Assembly (NCBI RefSeq): GCF_001194135.2
Contig: NC_068988.1
Location: forward strand, 48,016,919 to 48,080,918
Source of the DNA: Octopus bimaculoides
Lineage: Eukaryota
Direction of reading: 5' to 3'
DNA: 64,000 bases
A program made the translations under genes and the position numbers. Under the pieces are notes generated by a model. It was not told the origin of the DNA, did not search any database, and was given only the letters and a program-made list of their open reading frames with translations. This document shows, one piece after another, positions 50,230 to 62,880 of this stretch (the first letter of the stretch is position 1; each line of letters starts with the position of its first letter).

Positions 50230-50680
50230 CAGGAAACTACTGAAATTCTATAAAGGCTCAAGAGAGTTTCACAACAGTGTACTGCTTCTGTATCTTGGTC
50301 AGTGCTTCTCTTACATATGCAGACACCCTAGATTGCATCCAGAGAAGATCCACTCAACTTATTGCTATTCAACTAATGGAAAAATACAGCTTCTGGCCCA
50401 CATACATGCTGTCTCCTCACTCTTTTCTACCTCTAGCATAATGATCTCTGTTCTTCAGAGCTGGTTGGTCTTGAACTTCCACCATTCAAGCATGCCATCA
50501 CACTTGTTACTCCACCTCTTGTCACCTTTATTATGTCCAATGACTCTGGGTTCCATACTAACCATTATGTCAAAGTTCTTCATCTCCAGAATATTGATGC
50601 CTGAGAAATTTCTCCTTGCACATGTTTTACCTTAGGTGTTGACAGGCAATGATTTAAACAGAACATTAACAACCTCAAAT
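50230..50680 (+). mobile_element. Old L2/Jockey/CR1-group LINE C-terminal remnant
   Basis: DCIQRRSTQLI / QLLAHIHAVSSLF / CSSELVGLELPPF / HTNHY.K.FISR pieces in shifting frames. Confidence 0.55.
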
Positions 50681-51129
50681 CACAAAGATCCTGCAAAATT
50701 CATAAGCACTGCCTCTTCTTCCAGACTCAGCAACAGAAAGAAAACAATCCATCTGCCAGCCCTCCTCATATATTCAATGTATCCAATTTCATTCACAATA
50801 AAAGGGCTTCTAATTCACCAAATCACGGAAAACATAATTGATTATCTTTATAATAAAAACTTTAATTTCTTTTTGCTTTCATGATTTTGCTACTGTGCTG
50901 TAAATATTCTATGGGAATAACATTAATTTAAGTTCTGCCATAATACAAGCTGAAACAAGCTATCTAATACACCTTTTATGGCTTGAAAACCTCAGGTCAT
51001 ATCTGTCTCTAAGCTTTTATCAGTATCTAACATTACATATCCACAGGAACATTTCATTTTCATTTCTCCAAAATCATCTGTATTTACTGCCATTTAACCT
51101 CATTCCACTCTTTATTATCATCCTTGCAA

Positions 51130-51370
51130 TGACAATCAAACATTCCTGACAAAATCTCTCCACAATTCACAATTTCCCATCGCTCATGGTAACTGTTCCT
51201 TACTGAGGTTTGTATTGTCTGAGATTTGATCAACGAATGCTCAAGCAGCAGGTCTTCCTCTACTGCATCTCCTATGAGTTGGGTCCCACAATACTAGCTT
51301 TTGTATAAATTCCTGCTTACTTCTTCAGGAATGTCCTTCGTATTGTAACCATCTTTGAGCAACTGTGGTT
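51130..51370 (-). mobile_element. RTE-type LINE 3' remnant
   Basis: KLVLWDPTHRRCSRGRPA..FVDQISDNTNL..AMGNCELWRDFV resembles the RTE C-terminal LW.P.G.R.RGRP motif. Confidence 0.65.
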
Positions 51371-51811
51371 GCTATCTTGGACAAGTTTCAGTATAAGCTC
51401 TCATTTGTAATACATTGATGGCAATAAGTAAACAAGTGTTAAAATACATAACACTGGGAGAATATTAATTTTCGCAGCAAATTTATGCACAGGGAGACAA
51501 AAGAAAAAAATCAAAAATAATATGTGCCAATGATGAATATTATTCAATGTTTTCCCTATAGGAGATAGTTTTTGGATAAGATTTTGGCTAATTTCTATCT
51601 TATTAATAATGTATAATATTCCCTGCATTTGTTGATGATGTGCTAAATGAATTGTTAAGTGAAGGTTCATTACTGAAGAAAACTAGACGTGCTTAAAAAT
51701 TAAATAATTCTTAAGCTAAACAATTGTTATGTGGATGGTAACATATTCGATGTAACAAGAATTATAGAACAAACTAGAAATGTGTATTCTGTGTAAAATA
51801 ACCATTTCTAG

Positions 51812-51988
51812 TATAGGCAGAAAGCCTGAAATTTGGTGAGAGAGTGCGTAACTTACTTATCTCATCAACCCTGAGAGAATGAAAGGCAAAGCTGACATTG
51901 GTGGAACCTAAACTCAGAATGTGAAAATGGACAATATACCCCAAAGCATTTCATCCGGTGTGCTAATGATTCTGCCAGCTCACTGCTT
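51812..51988 (-). mobile_element. SINE family B
   Basis: gaatgaaaggcaaagctgacattggtggaacctaaactcagaatg...gctaatgattctgccagctcac. Confidence 0.8.
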
Positions 51989-52259
51989 TGTATTCAATGA
52001 AAAAATTATAAAAAGAAAATATCATTCATTGATGAATGTTATTTCAATTTCTTTTACAAAATATATAAAACAAGTTCTGATATGTTTCAGTATTATTCTG
52101 ATCTCATCAGCAAAGTGCAGTCTTCAAGTATCTGCCTTGATTGTGATAAAGGATATTTGCAGTAAATGTACTAGAGATTGCACATTTGTTGGAGAATGTA
52201 AAATTTTATGTCATTAAAGATGAAATAATTCAGAGATACTAACTATATGAACAATATTA

Positions 52260-52632
52260 TTATTTTATTCTTTTACTTGTTTCGGTCATTTGACTGTGGC
52301 CATGCTGAATCACTGCCTTGACGGGTTTAAGTCAAACAAATCAACTACAGAACTTCTTTCTTAAGCCTAGTTTGTATTTTATTGGTCTCTTTTGTTGAAT
52401 AGCTAAGTTACAGGGATGTAAACACACCAACACTGGTTGTCAAGATGAAGGACAAGCACAGAGCTGAATGCACATACACATAAATACACATACACACATG
52501 TATATATACAATGGGCTTCTTACAATTTCCATCTACCAAATCCACTCACAAGGCTTTGGTTGTCCAAGATGCTATGTGGTGGAATTGAACCATGTGGTTG
52601 GGAAGCAAGTTTCTTACAACACAGACATGCCT
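52260..52632 (-). mobile_element. SINE family A
   Basis: Tail-to-head reverse complement of the consensus with a deletion. Confidence 0.85.
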
Positions 52633-54399
52633 GTGCTGATTAATTTAGTTTCAATTTCTTTAATAGAAAGGGAATAAAGAGCTAACTAGAAAGAATTTTG
52701 TCTCAAAAAAATAGCAAGTGACTGATTTCTAAACAATACTAATTTTCCGGACAAGAAATCCAATTTTAGTGATTCTATTATCACTACTTTAACAGTACAG
52801 AGGAACTTTGCTGTTGAAGTCAGAACAAGTGTGATATATGCCTGAAGTTAATTTCCATACTTATTGAAAAACTGAAAATAATGAACAATTTTTATGTTTG
52901 CTGTTTTTTCCTCTTAACATTTATTTCTAGTTAGTTTCTAATTGTCAATGCATTAAATATTTTTTACCAGAATTAACCATTTAAATAATGATTACCAGAA
53001 TCAACCATTTAAATAATGATTTTTCTTATCACTAAAGAATGTATTTTTAATGAGTTAAAAATGTCTTGGATCACTATGTCAAATATGTTACTGCCCACTT
53101 TACTATTGAACTTTTGTGCAGCAGATGCCCACTTGCATTTTTCACAAGTCACTGTTCTAAATTATAAAACTACTCACTGCACTTTCATAACAACCCTATA
53201 TTGTCATAAACTTCTCTTTAGTCATTTAAGATCTGCAGTAAATAATACACATGCTTCACTGAGGAGATTTAATAAAACTGAAACATGTCTGGAATTGACA
53301 TTCAAATCCTTAATATCAGATTCACTCCACTTCATTACATAATTAGTTAATTAAATTTTGGAGCTGTCTTCTATGCATTTATTCATATTTTTACCAGGAT
53401 CTTTTGTTTGTAGTTTATCTTTTACTTCTTTCAGTAATTAGGCTGTGGCCATGCTGGGGCACTATTTTGAAGAATTTCAGTTGAAGGAATTGCCAACAGT
53501 ACTTTTATTTTTATTTTTCAAGCCAAGTTTTCAAGTAGAGATGGGAGACAAACACAGATTCACACACACACACACACACACATTATATATATATATATAT
53601 ATACTTTTTTCATGCCACCTTTGTATATATACTTTATTTAAAAGCAGCAAAAATATCACAAAAAATGTTACTCAAAGTTTTATGTTCCCATATGTTGGAC
53701 AGTTTTGTTTAGAATGGAACAAAAATAAGGTTATATGTATAAATACACAATTAGTTTGATAGATACACATCTGAAAATAGTTTTGCTTCATTGGTCTTTC
53801 AACTAACAGTCTTTTCAATAACCAGCTGCATGAAATAACAAGTTGCAGTTTAAAATCATATAAAAATCGAAGAAACCTTAAAGCAAAAATAGCTTATAAA
53901 GAAGGACAATGCCTGAATACCCATTGTAAATAAGTAGCTGTAAAATATTAATAAATTAATAAATTAAGAGATATATCCATTGAAAAATTTTTCACACTAG
54001 ATTACATATACATTTAGTTGTATATACACATAACAAACAACCCATAATATATATATATATATATACATACACTAAACATACAGACACAGGTACACAGCTA
54101 CATACATATACAGACATATATAGGCAAGACAAATATATACAAATGCATATATATATGTATGCATGCACACATACACAAGTGCACAAAATCTCTTGGTGTA
54201 TGCTTATACAAGTTAGTTGTTACAGGCGAAAGAAAGAGCAGGAAAAAAATCAGATAATAATAAGTGGGGAGGAGGGAGAAAGGAAACAGTGGAAAAGAAG
54301 AAAAAAAATAAAAGAAAGAGAAACAGAAAATTAGAGAGAGAAAAGGAAAAAATAGATAAGGGTAGAAAGCAATGTTCGAAAAGTATCTAAAGAAGGTTA

Positions 54400-54589
54400 G
54401 ATACTTCATTTAGTTTGCGAAATGAACACATATAATAATGCACACATAAAATTGCATGTATATCTAAATAAATGCAAACATACATACAAATACACACACA
54501 TATAGATATGCAAACAAATATACAAAAAATATGTACGCAAATACATGCCCGCATATATAAAAGTATAGGCACATATACATACACATATA

Positions 54590-54682
<93 letters not shown>

Positions 54683-54800
54683 ATATGTGTATACACACAA
54701 ACATACATATACATACACATACCTACAATACATACATACACAAAAAAATATATAGAGATATATCTTCACATCAAGATAGATATATACAACATAATGTATA
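54400..54800. repeat. (CA/TA/TG)n compound microsatellite
   Basis: Direct reading. Confidence 0.9.
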
Positions 54801-55149
54801 TATGCAAACAATTTAAAAAAAAGACTGTCTGGTGTATATAATATTAAAATGTTAANNNNNNNNNNATGCATTTAAGTTTATTTCTATTCTTATTATTTAC
54901 TCATGCATTTAATTTGATATCATATAATTAAATGCATGAGTAAATAATAAGAATAGAAATAAACTTTGGTGAAGCTTAAGCTTCTATATTTGTAAAACAG
55001 TCGAAAGCTTTCTTAAAAGTGAAGTCGAAATATGCACTAGCAATGTAATGCAAAGTAACTACAACATGTAAGGTCAAATTCAAATGCGACAGTCAAACAT
55101 TTTCCCAAAGTCAAAACATTTTACCCATACAGGATTTTATTGGTTGATT

Positions 55150-55975
55150 TTATTAATTTCAAACCTTGCAGCATGCCTGCAGGAATTTAAGAGCTCATGT
55201 CTCTGGATCAAAGCATGTTAATCCCGGAACAGGATGAAGAACTTTTCTAAGAGGCAAAGATTTCATTTCATAAGTCTTTTATAAGCTCCATGTCTGTATG
55301 ATGATACTTATCTAGAATTTGCCAAGTTACATTGAAAGGATGAGTGCCATTCTCTTTCAATTCCTGGACATGCTTTGCAAGATTAGTTGCTGTCCTATTC
55401 TCGAGATATCAGAAAGAATTTCGGTGGGAATAGAATTGAGTCTTTAATGAATTTTCTGAAGCCCCTGTGTATGTTTTATAGTCTTGTGAGCCATCCACTT
55501 GCACTTTGGCTCTATAAACAATTCCTTTTTCAAGACATTTATCCTCCAACAGACAGCAAGTCTTATCTTTGAAGTTGCAGTTCCTCAGATTACATTTAGC
55601 ATTGTAGTTGTTTGCAATAATTTTCGTGTTATGCTGGTTACTAAAAGAGGTGAAGTTTTTGCAACAAAAAAAAAGCCAGCCTTCAGTTTTCTCCTATTAA
55701 ATATTCTATAGAACTTATGGCTAGATTGAAAATGTCTAGAAACTAGTTTTAAGAATTCTCTGCCTATATTAGTCTTTACGGCAATATTAAATGGGGGTTT
55801 AAACCACAAAACTTTCCTAGTTCTAGTTCTACGTGGTCTATTATTGTTAGAATTAACTTGACTATACTGGATCTTCTCCAAGAATCCACTTTTCCTTAAT
55901 GCATTATTGTAATATGGCACAGCGTTTTGAAATGCTGTCTCATCAGAAGAAATTGATGATATTTGCCTTAGTTAG
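55150..55975 (-). mobile_element. 5'-truncated Penelope-like element: linker plus GIY-YIG endonuclease
   Basis: ISSDETAFQNAVPYYNNALRKSG..RTRKVLWFKPPFNIAVKTNIGREFLKLVSRHF..IFNRRKLK, then after a frameshift CLEKGIVYRAKV..KTYTGASENSLK..HRNSF*..TNLAKHVQELKE..VTWQIL..NLCLLEK..CRHAARF. Confidence 0.9.
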
Positions 55976-56015
55976 TAATGTTTGTACATATAACCTTATT
56001 TTTGTTCCATTCTAA

Positions 56016-56067
56016 ACAAAAACTGTCTGATGAACGGGAACGTGAAACTCTGAGTAACAGTTTTTGT
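56016..56067 (+). ncRNA. Minimal type I hammerhead ribozyme
   Basis: 11-bp perfect stem I (acaaaaactgt/acagtttttgt), CTGATGA core, stem II acg-ggaa-cgt, GAAA, palindromic stem III actc-t-gagt, GUA cleavage triplet at 56054-56056. Confidence 0.85.
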
Positions 56068-56244
56068 GATAGTTTTGCTGCTTTTTAATAAAGCATATCA
56101 CTCTACCTCTGGTATTCGAGTACTATTTCTTTCTGCCTTGTTTCACATTTATGTGCTTACTCTGGCATATATATATATATATATATATATANNNNNNNNN
56201 NNNNNNNNNNNNNNNNNNNNNNNNNGTGTGTGTATGTATGTAGA

Positions 56245-56361
56245 TGGCTGCACTAGATTCGAGGAGCCTGGTGCAGCCATCTGGCTCCCCAGTCTCAGAC
56301 AAACCGTACAATGCATGCCAGCATGGAAAGCAGACGTTAAGTGATGATGATGATGATAGGC

Positions 56362-56411
<50 letters not shown>

Positions 56412-56755
56412 ATACTTTTTATAAACAACTTTCAATCGTTGGGCCTCATGGAAGCAATGACAAATGACCAAGACCTTTGGCTATATGCCATGCTTGAGAA
56501 AACCTATCAAGCCAAATGAAATTGTAGTTGTGACAGATACTGGTTTCACACAACTGGTACCCATGCTGGTGCCATGTGAAAGCACCCATTATACTCTTGG
56601 AGTGATTGGTGTTAGGAAGGGCATCTGGCCATAGAAACTATGCCAAATCAGACTGGTGTCTGATGTAGTCCCTCAGCTTATCAATTCTAGTCAAATCGTC
56701 AAACCCATGCTAGCATGGCCAACAGACGTTAAATAATGATGATGATGATGATGAT
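56245..56755 (+). mobile_element. Two SINE family C copies with (GAT)n tails (56245-56355 and 56530-56755)
   Basis: Match 13148-13327. Confidence 0.75.
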
Positions 56756-57262
56756 ATTTGATGGAATTCTTCCAGTTTCCATCTACCAAATCCAGTCACA
56801 TGGCTTTGGTTGGCTCGAGGCTACTGTAGAAGACACCTGCTCAAGATGCCAGATTATTTATAAGCCAGGGTCTAATATTATTTTATGAAAATTTCTTGAA
56901 TCACTACCTTAAGAATGCCAACACCTGCTTCACTATTAGCATTGTTGTTAAATATGTTACCTCTAATTTACCATCTAATTTACTTATAATAAATGTCTAC
57001 TAAGACAGTATGAAGCTGCAGGTGCAAAGACAAACAGATGAAGAGGAGAGTAAAAAGAAACTTGGATGACCAGAAGAAAGAGAGAAAAATGGAGCATATA
57101 TAGAAGGAAAGGTCAAGTCACATCTATAATTGACCTTCAGATCAGTTACGTTGTGAATCTTATCTATAATTTCCACTGGACCATATAAAGAGGTCATGAT
57201 TTTTCAGTTAATTGGCTGATCACAAAAATTCTCTGCCTCCTCTCACAGTTTAATAAACTCAC

Positions 57263-57340
57263 CTTCTTCAGGTAAATGAGAATCTCTTGTTTTACCCAAA
57301 TATAAAATGGTGTGGAGATATGAGAAACATACTTTTGATC
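57263..57340 (-). CDS. Candidate 78-nt exon DQKYVSHISTPFYIWVKQEILIYLKK, unidentified
   Basis: Acceptor tttcattttaccttag, donor AAG|gtgagt, open phase 0 to 0. Confidence 0.35.
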
Positions 57341-58754
57341 CTAAGGTAAAATGAAATTTTCGCAGAAGGGCATTCACACTGGGAAGCAGATTAGTTGTGA
57401 TCCAATATGTAGGAAATATAATTGAGATACTCTCTTCAATTTACACTGGTTTTAATTACAGCTCACTCCAACTACAATAGACCTTGCTTATCTAATATAA
57501 TACATTTTCCCAAAGCAGCCATGTATCACCTAGAATTAATGGGATCTTTTATAATGAAAGGGTTACTATTATTTCAAAGTCAACTGTTGCAAATGTTTGT
57601 CTTTGAGTACCGAGATGAAAACATGCTCTCACCTCACTTATTAACTGAGTTTAGATTGGTGATAAAGTTTTATTAGTGAACTTCTGAAAGAGAGAAATCA
57701 TATGCATTGAGAACGTGATGGAGTGATCCAGATGAGAATACAATACGTTAAATTGAGAATTAAGCATCTACCGATATACAACATGGAAATAAAATAAATA
57801 TACAAATGAAAAAGGTGAGAGAAGGAAAGAGAGTGAGAGTGAGAGAGAGAGGAAAGCAAAGACATTCAACTTCAGTGCCGTGTTGTTAATTTTATGGCAG
57901 AGCTTAACTATAATTACTAAGTAAGTAACATTATACCGATAGACACTAGTTTGAAGCAGCCGATAATCTATTACAAGAGCAAGTGGTGACTGCAAGATAA
58001 GGTGAAATTGATAATAGTAAATATTTATTTCAAAACCTATATATGAAAAAAAAAACATTAATATAAAAAAAAGAGAAAATAAAGAAAAATAAATATGTAA
58101 AACGCACATGAAGCAGGAAAAAAAAAATGCTTAAAAATAATCAATACAAATAATGAATAATGAATCTATATTGGTACCTTTTAGAATATCTGTGATTTTA
58201 TTTATGCTAAATAAGCCATAGATATTTCAGTTGATTTCTAACAACTTACTTGATGCAGATATCAGTGTATAGAATCATTTATATACGTATAATAGTATAC
58301 TTATTCTGAGGTCAGATTTTAAGTTAACCTTCAAAGACTAGCAAACTTAGCATTGATGCTTTATCTCTAGTGCCTGATTTTACTCTCAATACTGACAAAG
58401 ATAAGATCTCATTTGCACAGTTTTATATAATATGTGTAGTCCTTCTTAATATATGTTAAAGTGTCTCTAAATATAATAAAAACATGTTGCTGATATATTA
58501 ACAAATCTCTACCATTAGATTGCAGACTGTAACTTTTCTTTTGTTTGTTAGGGTTAGCTTTTTCTGAACAATAACCCAAGCAGACCTCTTTTTCTATGCT
58601 TTAGTCAAGCGAGGAGAGGCAGCATCTATGACCTTTATTACTGTTTGTGAGGTAATGATAAAGGGTTTGGTTGCAAGCATCTACACATTTGAGACCTGGT
58701 TTGAATGCTTGCTAAAGTTTAACACCATCACCTACTCTATCACTGTCCAGTTTA

Positions 58755-58945
58755 AGGTGGCAAGCTTGCGGAATCATTAACTTTGTGGAATTTTGTCGCA
58801 AAATTCTGAGTTCAAATTCTGCCAAAGTTGACTTTGACTTTCATCCTTATGGGACCAATAAAATAAATTCCAGTTGAGTATAAGTGTCAATGTAATCGAT
58901 TTACTACCCTCCCTCAAAATTGCTAGCATTGTGTGAAAATTTGAG
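58755..58945 (+). mobile_element. SINE family B
   Basis: ttctgagttcaaattctgccaaagttgactttgactttcatcc. Confidence 0.8.
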
Positions 58946-59544
58946 TCCAGTTTAGCACCACCACCTAATCCATGCATGTCAAAGACACTCATGGGTGTTA
59001 AATCAGACAACAAACTAAGTTTACTACTTCTGCAAAAGGGTCAGTTTCTCTGACTGATTTCCACACAATTTCCGCCTCATAATTCCATTCATATGACTTT
59101 GGAGGATATTTTTGAAGACAGGTGCTGCTTAGTGAGATTGAAAACAAAGCAATACAGTTGTGTAATGAACAAATCAGCAACACAGCCAGTTATTTTATGT
59201 TAGTGTTGTTGTCTTGTTATTTTGTGGTTCTGTTGGTGCTGTAGTTGTGCTCTGTTTGTAGTTGTACTATGGTTGTGTTATTGCTTGCATTCTGGCTGTG
59301 TTTTGCTTGTGGTTGTCTTAAGGTTTTGTTAATGTTTTGATTAAGCTGCAATTGGGTTAGTGTTGTAGTTGTCCTGATGTTGGGGTTGTGTTTGAGCTGT
59401 AGTAGTTTATACAGTGCTAGTGTTGGCCTTGTGGTTGTCATTCTCTCATAATTGTCTTTGTGTCATGGTTGTATTGTGTAAGGTGTTTCCGGTTGTATAA
59501 AAGTACTCAACAGCATGTTGATTAGTTCCAGATGAACTACTAAG

Positions 59545-59770
59545 CTTGGATCAGTAGTTAGGGTGTTGAACTCATGATTGTAAGATTGCGGTTTTGATTC
59601 CTGGACCAAGCGACAAGTTGTATACTTGCACAAACCTCTTCATTTCATGTTGCTCCAGTCCATTCAGCTGTCAAAAGTGAGTAATCGTCTGAAGGATTGG
59701 TGTCCCATCCTGGTTGTACATATATATACCACAGAAACTGGGAAATTGGCTCTATGAGTCTATATGATTC
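59545..59770 (+). mobile_element. tRNA-head SINE with CORE-like domain, different tail
   Basis: tcagtagttagggtg...ggttttgattcctgg...ttcatgttgctccagtccattcagctg. Confidence 0.6.
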
Positions 59771-59929
59771 AGGAATACTCTTTATTCTGTTTTACTTTTA
59801 ATATCTATTAGCTATATAGTTACAGATATTAGCTTCTTTTAAATTATAGAATGAGATTTAAAAGAAAATTGTTTGTTATTTCTAACATATTAATGACCTC
59901 ATATCAGCATCCTCATAGAAGTGGAGCAA

Positions 59930-60245
59930 AGGTGCATGGTTCAGTGGCTAGAGTGTTGAGTTCACATTCATCATGTAATGAGTTCAATTCCCAGATCGGG
60001 TTATGTGTTGTGTTCTTGTGCAAGACACATTATTTCACATTGCTCCAGTTTGTTCAGCTGTAGAAATGAGTTGTGACATCACTGGTGCCAAGCTGTATCA
60101 GTCTTTGCCTTGCCTTTGGCTAACATCAGTGGCATGGAGAGAAAAGACTAGTATGCATAGGCAACTGCTGGTCTTCCATAAAACAACCTTGCCTGGACTT
60201 GTACCTCAGAGAGTAACTTTCTAGGTGTAATCCAATAATCACTCA
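59930..60245 (+). mobile_element. tRNA-head SINE with CORE-like domain (family D2)
   Basis: gcatggttcagtggctagag...gagttcaattccc...ttgtgcaagacacattatttcacattgctccag, with a tail shared with 39440-39640. Confidence 0.75.
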
Positions 60246-60764
60246 TGACTAAAGGAGATTGTTACCTAAGCAGTACAAAATTGAACAATTCTCAAATGGT
60301 TCATTAGCATTGTGTTGAATTCAGTTTCTCTACCCATAACTCTAGAAAAGTCACTCCAGTACCTAACTTTTCATGGTTGCTCACCCAACTAGAAATAGCA
60401 ACCAGATCCCACTCAAATTACATTCAGTCCTCTAATACTGTTCCCATATTCAAAGGAGCTAATAAGAAAGGACACTTTGGACGACATTGTCACTGATATA
60501 TAAAATAGACAGGGAAGTCATGGCTCAGTTGCCTTTGATCAAAGGTTGGTTATGTCTGGAGTTCATCCATACATTGGTTCAGTCTTCATTGATATTTGGA
60601 CTTAAACACTGACTCTGATTACAGGTAAAACTTGATGGCTGATACATGTAGGCTGCATGCAGTGGCTGTCATGTTGCCTACATGTGATGGCTGGCATGGA
60701 GGCTACATATATGGCTGCTATGCAGGTTACATATAATGGCTGATAATAAAATACATATCATAGG

Positions 60765-60929
60765 TGCAAACGTGGTTGTGTGGTAAGAAGTTTACGACAT
60801 CATTCCAGGTTCAGTCCCACTGTGTGACACTTAGGCAAGTGCCTTCTACTATAGGTTTGTGAGTGGATTTGTTAGATGGAAACTGAAAGAAGCCTATCAT
60901 ATGTGTGTGTGTGCATGCATGTGTGTGTG

Positions 60930-60976
<47 letters not shown>

Positions 60977-61462
60977 NNNNNNNNNNNNNNNNNNNNNNNN
61001 NNNNNNNNNNNNNNNNNNNNNNNNNNNNNNNNNNNNNNNNNNNNNNNNNNNNNNNNNNNNNNNNNNNNNNNNNNNNNNNNNNNNNNNNNNNNNNNNNNNN
61101 NNNNNNNNNNNNNNNNNNNNNNNNNNNNNNNNNNNNNNNNNNNNNNNNNNNNNNNNNNNNNNNNNNNNNNNNNNNNNNNNNNNNNNNNNNNNNNNNNNNN
61201 NNNNNNNNNNNNNNNNNNNNNNNNNNNNNNNNNNNNNNNNNNNNNNNNNNNNNNNNNNNNNNNNNNNNNNNNNNNNNNNNNNNNNNNNNNNNNNNNNNNN
61301 NNNNNNNNNNNNNNNNNNNNNNNNNNNNNNNNNNNNNNNNNNNNNNNNNNNNNNNNNNNNNNNNNNNNNNNNNNNNNNNNNNNNNNNNNNNNNNNNNNNN
61401 NNNNNNNNNNNNNNNNNNNNNNNNNNNNNNNNNNNNNNNNNNNNNNNNNNNNNNNNNNNNNN

Positions 61463-61495
<33 letters not shown>

Positions 61496-61715
61496 TGTGT
61501 GTCTTTGTGTCTGTATTTGTCTCCCTATCTCCACTTGACAATTGGTGTTGGTGTGTTTACAACCCTGTAACTTAGCGGTTCAGCAAAAGGGTTGGTAGAA
61601 TAAGTATCAGGCTTTAAAAAGAAAATAAATAAGAACTGGGATCAATTCATTTGACCAAAAAGAATTCAAGGAAGTACCCCAGCATGGCCACTGTCTAATG
61701 ACTGAGGCAAATAAG
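60765..61715 (+). mobile_element. SINE family A with an expanded internal microsatellite spanning a gap
   Basis: Head at 60765-60900, (TG)n, N-gap, (TA)n, then second domain and tail at 61500-61715. Confidence 0.85.
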
Positions 61716-62279
61716 AGAGGTAAAAGAATTAGTTGATAAACAGACCACATTTGATGGCTAGCTTACAGAATAAATTTGATATTTGATATATGGGCAACTT
61801 ATGATGACTGGTATACAAAGAGCAAATGATGGTCAATTTAGAGACCACATATGATGGTTAGTACACAGACAATTTTTGATATTAGGTATGTAGGCCACAT
61901 GTGATGGTTGGTATATGTATGTGTATATGTGTAACAGTCTATTACATGTTAAAGTGCAATCTGCAAGCTCATTCATCGGAGAAACATCTTTGATTGGTAC
62001 TCACTACAAGTAGTAGTAGTAGGTCTTATGAGGTTTTTGGCTGCTATTCTTTGCTAGTTAAACAACTGCATAGACGCTCCTCATTGGTTTCCTTGTCAGT
62101 CTTATGGCGTGGTAGTTGGTGTGGTTGATGTTGGTGTTTGTGTTTGATGATCTCATTTGTTGATGTTGCTATTGGAGTTGGTGCTGCAGTTGGTCAGATA
62201 TGGAACGAATGTTGGTAATGGTAGTGATTGTGGCCATGGTGATGTTTTTAATACCTTGAGAGACATGGATGAAAGGAAA

Positions 62280-62880
62280 GAAGCCAGAGAGACAAATAGA
62301 CCAAGTGAGTTAGAGAGAGAGAGAGAAAATGAGATGGTGTGTGAAAGAAGGTGAAATAAAAGAGTTTCATGACAATAGCTTAAATGGAAGAGTTTAACAT
62401 TACTATTATGTTTGGGTTAGAGAGGGAGAGAGAGAGAGAGAGAGAAAAGAGGAAAGCAAGGGGCAGAGAGAGAGAGAACTTCATTACAATGGCTTAAATG
62501 GAATAGTTTAACATTAAGTTTAGGCGGGAGAGACAAAAGTGGGAGAGAAAGTGGAAAGAGAGAATGAGGGAGAAAGAGAGAGAGAGTGAAAAACGGGTAG
62601 AAGATAGGAGAGCAACAAAGGGGAGAGAAAGAGGGGGAAATGAGAGAGTTTCATGACAATAGTTTAAGTGAAATAGTTTAAGCCTTAGATTAAGGGTGAA
62701 GTGAGAAAGGTGGGAAACGAAGGTAAGAAGATAAGAGAGAAGGTAAGAGAGAGATCAAGAAAGAAAGCTGGCAAAAGAGGAAGTGGGAGAGAGAGAGAAA
62801 GAGAGAGAGAGAGCAAGAAAGAGAGAAGATGTAAGAATGAAAGAGAAAGAGACTGGGAGAGAATGTTGCTTGCTTGAGAC
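62280..62880. repeat. AG-rich region with a recurring about 40-bp motif (agagtttcatgacaatagcttaaatggaagagtttaacatta)
   Basis: Motif seen at about 62360, 62478 and 62645. Confidence 0.7.

Noticed and set aside
52963-53020. 28-bp tandem duplication ttaccagaat(t/c)aaccatttaaataatga
   Set aside because: An ordinary slippage duplication with no further structure
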